Assembly: GCA_039818205.1 (NCBI GenBank) | Contig: JBCBUK010000017.1 | Span: 19,227-83,226, forward strand | Length of the DNA: 64,000 bases | Direction: 5' to 3' | DNA from: Verrucomicrobiota bacterium | GTDB lineage: Bacteria > Verrucomicrobiota > Verrucomicrobiia > Opitutales > Cerasicoccaceae | In this document: one piece after another, positions 37,985 through 48,500 of the stretch | Layout of the letters: each line of letters opens with the position of its first letter | How positions within the stretch are numbered: position 1 is the stretch's first letter | Translations under genes and position numbers: made by a program | Notes under the pieces: model-generated | What the model was told of the DNA's origin: nothing | The model's input: the letters and a program-made list of their open reading frames with translations, nothing else | The model's database searches: none

Positions 37985-39202
37985 CTAAAGTTTTGCTAAC
38001 TCGCTGACCTCCGCGAGGATTGCTTCTAGCGTAATGGTTTGCTCTTTGAGCGCATCAATAACCGATTCAATGACAGCGCGCTGATCTTCGTTCTCCGGAA
38101 GAATCATACGGTCGAATGGCATGTCTTTCGCGGCGGTCTCAAGCAGCTTTGTCGTTATTAGCTTGGTCTTTGAGAACTCAAGACGAAGCTTCTCATCAAG
38201 GTCCGGGTTGTAGCGGCGAACCAAATTGGACAGTGAAACACCACGAATAGTTTCTCCATCAATGTCCTTCTGCTCACCGTAGTAGAGGCTTTGGATGCCC
38301 AATGCATTGTAATAGACCGAATACTGTGTTGTATCGCTAAAACAGTTTTGCTCCTCCTCCTGGTCAGCGGCAATAAGGGCCACCCGCATGCGCTCGCCCG
38401 CCAACTCGGCGTAGCTAAGGCTGCCCATACCCGTAAGAATTCGCCAGAGTTGCTCTTCTGATGTAAGCGCTACGAAGTCTTTATAGTAACGTCCGTTTGG
38501 ACTCCAATCGAGTGCCATGAACTGAAGATCTTGCACCAGAACGCGACTAGCAGCCGAGAGATACTTGCTGCGGCGGTCACAATTTCCGTTGGTGCAGGCG
38601 CTTCCCTTGAGGTAGTCAGTGTATGAACGTTTCCCGCCAACCGTTTGGTCCTCGTTTAGGTCTTGTCCCCACAACAAGAACTCAATGGCATGGAAGCCAA
38701 TGGCAACATTGGTTTCGATATCGGTCATCCGTTGGGATGGGGCTTCTTTTGGGTCAGTTCCTGACTGGTATTCGGCAATGATCTCATCGCGAATCGGGTA
38801 AGCAGCAATTCCAATGATATTGTGTCGCGCATGCGGGTTGCCGACGTGATAGACGTAATTGTCGGCGACGTAGTCGATATAGCCTTCATCTAAGGGCCAG
38901 GCATTTACCTTACCTTCCCAAGCGTCCACGTTTGGATTGCCAAAGCGAAACACTTCGGTGAGCGAGTAGGTGTTGTGCGCCTTTAGCCAAGCATCTTTTG
39001 CCGCCTGGTGGGATTCAGCATCCGGCTTGTTCAAGAAATCGTTAACGCGCTCTTGAAGTTCTTTAGCGTCACGCATCGAAATATCATATCGGGCGTGTGC
39101 GATTGCAGCGTAGTGCAGGGCGGCACGTTGAGAGAACCTTCCGGCACTGGCTTCGAGATATACCACCGTAAGTAAGGCTATTATAATTAGAGGAAATCTC
39201 AT
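37985..39202 (-). CDS. Imelysin family protein (IrpA/ICMP-like)
   Basis: EVFRFGN..VD.WEG.VNAWPLDEG.IDYV, GFHAIEFLLWGQD, ELAGERM, EEEQNCFSD. Confidence 0.93.
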   Translation of the reverse strand: MRFPLIIIALLTVVYLEASAGRFSQRAALHYAAIAHARYDISMRDAKELQERVNDFLNKPDAESHQAAKDAWLKAHNTYSLTEVFRFGNPNVDAWEGKVNAWPLDEGYIDYVADNYVYHVGNPHARHNIIGIAAYPIRDEIIAEYQSGTDPKEAPSQRMTDIETNVAIGFHAIEFLLWGQDLNEDQTVGGKRSYTDYLKGSACTNGNCDRRSKYLSAASRVLVQDLQFMALDWSPNGRYYKDFVALTSEEQLWRILTGMGSLSYAELAGERMRVALIAADQEEEQNCFSDTTQYSVYYNALGIQSLYYGEQKDIDGETIRGVSLSNLVRRYNPDLDEKLRLEFSKTKLITTKLLETAAKDMPFDRMILPENEDQRAVIESVIDALKEQTITLEAILAEVSELAKL

Positions 39203-39298
39203 TTTTTAATTGGTTTGCTGAATATCGATTGGAAACGGATCTGAGTTTGATCGGATAAACTTTTAGGCGAAATGTCAGTAAGCAGTAGCAAATGGAAG

Positions 39299-39313
39299 TG
39301 AGATGAGTTCTCA
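39299..39313. promoter_or_regulatory. Fur-box-like palindrome
   Basis: TGAGA-TGAGT-TCTCA resembles TGAGAATNATTCTCA; about 100 bp upstream of the imelysin start. Confidence 0.4.
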
Positions 39314-39534
39314 AGTCACATATCGCCGTTTAAAGAGACGAAAGAGCAACGTTCCTGTCCCGAAAGTGTTACGGTGTCGGTAGCGTTACGTTTGTGTTTA
39401 ACGTAGTACACAAACCTTCACTTGAATGTTTCGTGAGCCGGTTGACTTCTTGGAGGGTTGCTACTCTGATTCGCCGCATCGTTTTGAGATCATTCCCTCA
39501 AAACCCGGCTGACTCTCTTTTAAATCACCCAAAA

Positions 39535-42500
39535 ATGCGAAAACATCTCCTCTTAACCCTTTGCCTAGCATCGCTTTGTGGCACGTCCGCGATGGGGCAG
39601 GTTTCTGCAACAGCGCAGGATCCGACCGTTGCTACGGTCCAAGTTAGACCCTCTGGGGTATCTTCTAGTGCAGACTTCTACGCCGAAGGTAACACCTTCA
39701 CCGGCTTTGAAGTCTACAGTGTTGCACGCTTCGTTCTTACCAAGGCTGACTTTGGTTTGGACAGCGGTGACACCATCAACTTGCTGACCTCGGTAGAGAT
39801 CAACTTTACCCACAACGACCGTAGTTTTACCACGGGTGATTTGCTTGAGTTATATTTCACGACTCAAAATTTCAACGGCACCTATACTGGTCTCACCTAC
39901 AACGTCGCCATCTTCGACGGCGTCGATGCGACTCAGTTCACCAACGCGCCTGTCTCTCTCGGAACATTCGCTTACGTTCCAACTGCGCCTGGTCTCTTCC
40001 AATACAACTACGTTGTTGACCTTTCTGCTTTCGAAGCGGACATCATCGCCAAAATCAACGCAGGCGAAGAAATCAACATCATCCTGGGCGCGGCTGATGC
40101 AGCCAACGCAATCACTTTGGCCGGTTTGAACAACACGTTCGATCCCGGTGACCCAACTATCACGGTTGAAGTCGAAGCAGCCGCTGACAACTCCGCTCCT
40201 TCGGTCGCAAGCACGACTCCTGCGGACGGTACCGTCGATGTTCCAACGGACACCACGCTCGTCATCGAGCTCGACCAGTTCGCCGCTGCTGGCACCGGGT
40301 TCATCAATCTTCGTCAAGTTAGCGACGACGGTTTGGTTGAAGCGATTGATGTGAATAGCGGTGCGGTTTCGATCGACGGTCGCGAGATAAGCATCACCCC
40401 GACATCCTTCCTCCCAGAACTCACCGAGATCTACGTCGAGATTGGCAGTGCAGTCATCACCGACGAAGCGGGTAACGGCTTTAACGGAACTGACGCTTCG
40501 AACTTCAGCTTTACAACGACAATCGCCAACAGCGCTCCAGTATTCACCGAAACCGGTCCTTTCACCGTTTCTGACAATGCACTCGCTGGCGCGGTCGTCG
40601 GCGATGTTGATACCAATGACGACGGCTTTACCGATGGTGAGTCCGTTTACAGCATCCTTTCGGTTGAAGACGCCAGCAATATGGCCGTCGGTTTGAATGG
40701 TTTTAAAGCAACCAGCATCTTTACAATCGGTGAAACCGTCTCTGGAACAACCGGAGCACTCAACCCAACGACTGCAGGCGACTATACTCCCGTCGGTATC
40801 CTCGACGGTATGGGCGCTTACAAGCTCGATGCCGCAACGGTTCGGGTTCTCGCCAACCACGAGCTGCTCCACTTCCGCGGAAACAGCTACGAAGTTAGCA
40901 ATGGCTCCGGTGGCACCTTCTCGATGACTGGTGCGCGCGTCAGCTACTTCGACATCGATATCGCGACACGCCAGATCGTTGATTCCGGTATCGCATACAA
41001 CACCGTTTACGACGCGAATGGTAACGTTGCTACCGACCTTAGCTTTCAAAACGATAGCCTCAACGGTTTCTCCCGGTTTTGCTCCAGCGCGCTCTTCGAA
41101 GCTGAGCAGTTCGGCTCCGGTCGCGGACTTGCCAGTCGCATCTACTTCACGGGTGAAGAAGACGGTTCCGGCTTCAACCTGATCGGTGGCGCTGAGTGGG
41201 CGCTTGACCCAGCGACCGGTAACTTCTGGGCCGTTCCTGCCATGGGCCGTGGTGCTTGGGAAAACGTTACTGAAGTCGACACTGGTTTGACCAACTACGT
41301 CGCGTTCATCTTGGCTGATGACTCTTCTCCGTTCAACGCTGACACAAGCGATCCTGAAAACGAAGCTTCTCCACTCTACCTTTATGTTGGTGAGAAGAAT
41401 CCTTCCGGTGACTTCCTCGAGCAAAACGGTCTCCGCGACGGTAAACTCTATGTTTGGGTTGCTACTAGCGGTAACACCCTTCCTTCTCAATTCAATGGTG
41501 CTGGTTCCTCCGAGCCAGGCACTTGGGTAGAGATCGACAATTCTCCCAATCTCGCTCAAGCATCGGCCGACGGCTCGACTGGCTTCGACGAGTATGGTTA
41601 CCCAACTCAGCGTAACCTCTGGACTCAAGCGGAAGCCGCCGGCGCATTCGGTTTCTCCCGTCCAGAAGACTTGGCTGTCAACCCAGTTGATGGTTCTGAG
41701 TTCGTTCTCGCTTCGACCGGTGTTGACACCTACGACATTGATCTTGTTTCTGGCAATGGTGCGGACACTTTCGGCACCATTTATGTTGGTGTTGTTGACT
41801 TCAATGTTTCCGGCGAACCAACTGCAGGAAACCTGACCATCCTTTATGATGGCGACGAAGATACCGCCAACCGCGCATTGCGCAGCCCAGACAACTTGGA
41901 TTGGGCCGATGACGGTTTCATCTACGTTCAAGAAGACGAAGCTGAAGAAGACACCGCAAGTGGTGACGAAGTTCTCTTTGGTGCCGGTGCGGTTAATCCA
42001 AACGAAGCAGGTATCGTTCAGATCGATCCTGCAACGGGTGATATCCTCCGGGTCGCCAACGTCGACCGCAGCATAGTTCTCGATCCCTCGATCGCAAACC
42101 CACTTGACGCTGTTGACGTCGACGCCGGTTTCGCGGGCGAGTGGGAATCCTCGGGTATCCTCGACGTTTCCAACCTCTTCGGCGAATTGCCAGGAACCCT
42201 GTTCATCTTCAATGTTCAGGCACACGGCATTGAAGATCAGACCAACTTCAACGCCGCATCCCGGATTGTTGACGGTGATCTCGTTGAAGGCGGTCAGCTC
42301 CTCTTCTTGGAGCGCAAGTTCGACTCCATGCTCGAAGCACTTGGTAGCAACGAAGCCGAAGCAATCTTCACGATTGGTGAGACCTTCGCTGGCACCGCCG
42401 GCGCATTGAACCCAAACACTGCGGGCGACTACACACCCGTTGGTATCCTCGACGGTCTTGGCGCCTACGAGCTCGACGCACAAACGGTTCGGGTTCTCGC

Positions 42501-45500
42501 CAACCACGAGCTTCTACACTTCCGTGGTAACAGCTACGAAGTTAGCAATGGTTCCGGTGGCACCTTCACAATGACCGGTGCCCGCGTTAGCTACTTCGAC
42601 ATCGACAAGTCGACTCTTCGGATCATCGATTCCGGCCTCGCATACAACACCATCTACGATGCCAACGGTAACGTTGCCACAGACTTGAGCTTCCAGAACG
42701 ATAGCCTCAACGGTTTCTCCCGCTTCTGCTCCAGTTCACTATTCGAGCCAGAACAGTTCGGTCCTGGTCTCGGGTTGGTTGATCGCATCTACTTCACAGG
42801 TGAAGAAGATGGTTCCGGTTTCAACTTGATTGGTGGCGCCGAGTGGGCACTTGACCCAGCAACCGGCAACTTCTGGGCGGTCCCTGCTATGGGTCGCGGT
42901 GCATGGGAAAACGTAACTCAGATCGATACCGGTTTGACCAACTACGTTGCATTCATCCTTGCAGACGACTCCTCACCATTCGATGCGGATCCAAATGACC
43001 CAGAAGACGAAGCTTCACCACTCTATCTCTATGTTGGTGAGAAGAATCCTGCTGGTGACTTCCTCGCTCGCAATGGTCTGCGTGACGGAAAGCTTTACGT
43101 TTGGGTTGCCGACAGCGGTAGCCGCGTTCCTTCTGAGTTCAACGGTGCTGGCGCATTCGAAGCTGGTTCTTGGGTAGAAATTGACAATTCACAAAACCTC
43201 GGCCAAGCATCCGCTGACGGTTCGACCGGTTTCGACGAATATGGATACCCAACTCAGCGTAATCTCTGGACACAAGCGGACGCAGCGGGTGCATTCGGTT
43301 TCTCCCGTCCGGAAGACTTGGCTGTGAATCCGTTTGACGGATTTGAATTCGTATTGGCTTCAACGGGTGTAGACACCTACGACGTGGATCCAGTCTCCGG
43401 CAACGGCGCTGACACTTTCGGCACCATCTATGTTGCTCAGGTTGAGTTCGATGGTTCCGGTGAACCAATCGCTGGCGACCTAACCATCCTTTACGATGGC
43501 GATGCCGACCCAACTCGTGCCTTGCGCAGCCCGGACAACCTGGATTGGGCAGACGACGGCTTGATCTACGTCCAAGAAGACGAAGCTGAAGAAGACACCC
43601 TCAGCGGTGACGAAATTCTCTTCGGTCCAACTGCGATCAATCCGAACGAGGCTGGTGTTGTTGTGATCGATCCAGCAACTGGAATCGTGACTCGCGTTGC
43701 GAACATTGATCGTAGTGTCATCATCGACCCAACGATTGCCAACCCACTCGACGCGTTCGACACCGACGCGGGTTCTGCTGGCGAATGGGAATCTTCGGGT
43801 ATCCTGGACGTTTCGACCCTCTTTGGTGAGCAACCAGGCAAACTCTTCATCTTGAACGTTCAAGCGCATGGAATCGAAGACCAAACCAATGTTAACGGTG
43901 CATCACGCATCAACGACAATGATTTGGTTGAAGGTGGTCAGTTGATCTTCATGTCCATCGACTCGGCACAGCCAACCCTGAACTTCGCTGATGCATTTGA
44001 AATTAACCCAAGCACCGGTGTCATCACTTTGGTCAATCCATCCGAGATTGATTCCGATCGCTTGAAGTATATCCGCTTCGTAGTCGAAGCTGATGACGGT
44101 TTGAATGCTCCGGTGACTGAAACGGTTGATATCTTCATCAACGACGATCCAATTGCTGAACCGGCTGAAATTCGTGTAGCCAGCTTCAACACTTCGTTGA
44201 ACCGCAATGCTGCCGGTCAGTTGATCACTGACTTGAGCACTCCGAGCAACTCGCAGGCTCAGCAAATTGCTGAAATTATTCAGCGCACGAACCCAGACGT
44301 CATTTTGATCAACGAGTTCGATTACGATCCAAACGGAACTGCGATCGACCTCTTCAAGCAAAACTACCTTGAGATTCCTCAAAATGGCCAAGCTCCGGTT
44401 TACTACGGATACAGCTACAATGGCGAATCCAACACCGGTATCGCATCTGGCTTCGACCTCGACAACAACGGAAGCGTTGGCGGCGGCGGTGACGCATTCG
44501 GTTTCGGAAACTTCGAAGGTCAGTTTGGTTTCATCGTCCTCTCGAAATATCCAATCGTTGAAGACCAGGTCCGCACGTTCCAGAAGTTCCTCTGGAAGGA
44601 CATGCCAGGAGCGTTGCTTCCTGCCGATCCGCTCGATAGCGATGGAAATTTTGACGTGGATAACTACTACACCACCGAAGAACTTGATGTGTTCCGCCTC
44701 TCTTCGAAGAGCCACTGGGACATTCCAGTCTGGGTTAACGGTGAGGTTATCCACGCGTTGGCTAGCCACCCAACACCACCCGTGTTCGATGGTGCCGAAG
44801 ATCGCAACGGAACGCGTAACCACGATGAAATCCGCTTCTGGGTCGATTATGTGAACAACGCGGCCTACATCTACGATGACTTTGGTCAGACCGGTGGTCT
44901 TCCACTCGAATCTGCGTTCGTTATCCTTGGTGACCAAAATGCCGATCCGTTCGACGGTGACAGCACAGCAGGTGCGGCTAATCAGCTCGTCGATGGCCCA
45001 TGGGTCAATGTAAGCGTGACTCCAAGCAGCTTGGGCGGGGTGGAAGATTCCACCAACGATGGTGGTAGCAACCTGACCCACCTTGGTGATCCAGCGTTTG
45101 ATACGAGCGACTTCGGTGACCCTCCCGGTAACCTCCGCGTTGACTACGCTTTGCCTTCGTCGAACTTGACCATCAACTCGGCTGGTGTGTTCTGGCCAGA
45201 AGTTGGCGAATCCGGTGCCGATCTAGTAAGCGCAACCGACCACCGCTTGGTTTACGTCGATCTCTCGACCACACTTGAAGTTGGTTCGTTCGTTCTTGCG
45301 GGTGACGCCACGGTTGGCATTGATGCGACTCAAGGTAACCTCGCACTCATCCTCGTTAAGGCTGATGGAACCGCATTCGACTCCACCGCTCTTGACAGCT
45401 TGAATCCAGGAAGCCCAGCGCTCGGCGAGATCACCGTTGGCACGATGATCGGTGACTTCATGGTTGCTGGTTACTTGGAAGTTGGACCAAACGGAACGAT

Positions 45501-48500
45501 CAACGTTGACGGATTTGGTTATGACTTGCAGCCAGGTGCTGCCGGAAGTCTGATTTCGGTTGGCGATCAGTTCGGTTTCCTCGTGTTCGACAATCTTTTG
45601 TTCGAATCTGATGGTGGAACTGATCTCGGAACCGGTTCGTTTGATCCGTTCAATCTGATTACCGATCCGGCGTTCATAGTGCAGGAAGGTCAGCAAACTC
45701 ACGGCGACGACATTCCAACGATCTTCCGCGGTGACTTCACCTTGCAGATCCTCCACGCATCCGACCTCGAAGGTGGTGTTGAAGCAATCAAGCTTGCTCC
45801 AAACTTCGCGGCGATCGTAGACGATCTCGAAGACAACAACCCAGCTGATGGAACAATCATCCTCTCCGCAGGTGACAACTACATCCCTGGTCCGTTCTTC
45901 AACGCTGCAAGTGATAGCGCCCTCCGTGGGCCATTACAGGCTGCCTACCAAGAGTTGTTCGCAACCGATCTTGGTGGTTCTGCTGCCGATCTCGATAACA
46001 TCCGCGAAGGTCGTGGCCGTGTCGATATCGCGATCATGAACATCATCGAGTTCAACGCCTCGGCGGTCGGTAATCACGAGTTCGACGTAGGGTCGGACGC
46101 ATTCGAGGGCATCATCGAAGAAGACGTTCGTGGCTCAACACTCGGAGACGTCCGTCACCTGGGTGCTCAGTTCCCATATCTATCTGCTAACCTCGACTTT
46201 AGTGGTGATAACGATCTGGGCAACTTGTTCACCAGCGATATCTTGCCAAGCACTGACTTCGCTCTATCGCCATCGCAAGCAATTGCTGGCGGCAACCCAC
46301 CGAAGCTGGCTCCAGCCGCGATTGTGGACGTTGACGGTGAGCCAGTCGGCGTAGTCGGTGCAACGACTCAGCTGCTCGAGCAGATCTCGTCGCCAGACGG
46401 CACATTCGTTATCGGTGGTTCGACGGTCGATATGACGGTTCTCGCAGCCCAGTTGCAGCCGGTGATCGACGAAGTTCTCTGGGGTCTGGACGGTGTTCCA
46501 GGAACATCCGACGATGTAAAGATTGTCATCGTGGTTTCTCACCTCCAGCAGATCGCGCTTGAGCTCGAACTTGCTGAGCTCTTGACCGATGTTGACGTAA
46601 TCATTGCGGGTGGCTCTGACACTCTGCTTGCTGACAACAACGATGCTCTCCGCCCAGGAGACGTTGCTGACGATACTTATCCTCTGGTAGCAACGGACTT
46701 GGACGGTAACTCGACCCTGATCGTGAGCACCGATGGTGAATACAGCTACGTTGGCCGTTTGATCATCGAGTTCGGCCCAAGCGGCACGGTTAACCCAGCC
46801 ATCTTGGACGACACGCTTAATGGTCCAGTCGCGACAACCGACCAATCGGTTATCGACCTCTACGGTGAGGCCAATATCGCTGATGCGATCGCAGCAAGCG
46901 TTAAAGGTACTGAAGTTAAGGAACTGGTCGATGAAGTCTCGGGCATCGTAAACGCCCTCGACGGAAACGTCTTCGGCTACACAGCCTTCTTTATCGATGG
47001 TCGCCGCGCAAGCATCCGCACCGAAGAAACCTTCATGGGTAATTTGACGGCAGATGCTAACCTCTGGAAGGCGCGTCAAACCGACTCCTCGGTTGTGATC
47101 TCCTTCAAGAACGGCGGTGGTATCCGCGCTGAGATTGGTGCAATCGACGGCCTGACCGGCGACCTCCTGCCTCCGGCTCCAAATGCTGACGCAGGAAAGC
47201 CAGCTGGTGCGATCTCTGAACTCGATATTCAGAATACCCTCCGGTTCAATAACGGCTTGGTCCTCTTGGATCTGTCCGGACAGGATATCCTCGAAATCCT
47301 CGAACATGGATTGAGCGATAGCTTCGAAGGTAACACTCCAGGTGAATTCCCGCAGATCGGTGGTTTGCAATTCGCATTCACACCTCCGATGGCCGGTAAC
47401 GGTGGCCCTGACACTCCAGCTGAAGTTCGTTCGTTCGGTTTGATCGATGAAACTGGCCGGGTCGTTGAGGTCCTCTTTAAGGATGGTGTATTCTTGAACG
47501 GAGCGGACACCCGCGAGTTCAAGATCGTAACCTTGAACTTCCTCGCCGAAGATGGTTCGACAATCGATGGAATTGGTGGAGATGGTTATCCATTCCCAGC
47601 CTTGGCTTCGAACTTCGTTGACCTCGGAATCGGGGAGCAACAAGCCCTTCAAGAGTTCTTGGCGGCATCGTTCCCAACTCCTGAGCTTGCGTTTAGCGAA
47701 GTGGAGCGCGGTCCTGAGCAAGATCCACGAATTCAAAACCTCGAGTATCGCTTCGACACCATCGGAACTGACATTCCAGTCGTTCCTGCAGGTGCGCTTC
47801 GTCTGACTCCGGTCGCGACATACGAGTCTGGTATCTTCGACGAATCCGCAACTGAGATAGTGGCCTTCCACGCACCAACGGATCGTCTCTTCGCGGTTAG
47901 TAGTGCACCTGGCGAATCTTACGTCCGCGTTCTGGACGCAAGCGACCCAGTCGGTAGTGGTCTCCTACAAGTTGACACGATTCCAGCGCCTCTTGCTGAT
48001 TTCGAGCCAAACAGTGTCGATACCTTCTCTGGACCTCTGGGTGACGTGGTTGCCATCGCTTGGTCCGACGAAACCGGTGCAAACGGCCGTGGTCGCGTAA
48101 CGCTTCACGACCCAGCAACGCTCGCTTCGCTTGCACCAGCAATCGTAGGTGGATTCTTACCAGACATGCTGACCTTCTCACCTGACGGTGAAAAGCTGGT
48201 GGTTGCCAACGAAGGTGAAGCCGATGGCGGCGTGAACCCGGTTGGTTCGGTCTCTGTGATTACCTTCGGTGCCAATTATGGTGCCCCAACTCACAACGAG
48301 ATCACCTTCGATCGCTGGAATCGTCGCGAGAACGTCCTCCGTGCTCGTGGTGTTCTCTTGACTCAGATTGACGAGGGCGAAGCTGCCAACGTAGCCGAAG
48401 ACCTTGAGCCTGAGTATGTCGCGATTGACTCGAATAGCCAATACGCTTGGGTTGCGCTTCAAGAAGCGAACGCGGTAGCCGTTGTTGACCTTGTTCGCCT

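Noticed and set aside
39365..39425. Pho box upstream of the giant phosphatase
   Set aside because: GTTAC/TTAAC-like words are present but lack a clean 11-bp periodicity.
39850..47871. Long antisense ORFs (885, 392 and 535 aa)
   Set aside because: Shadows of the codon-biased giant gene, with no recognisable motifs.
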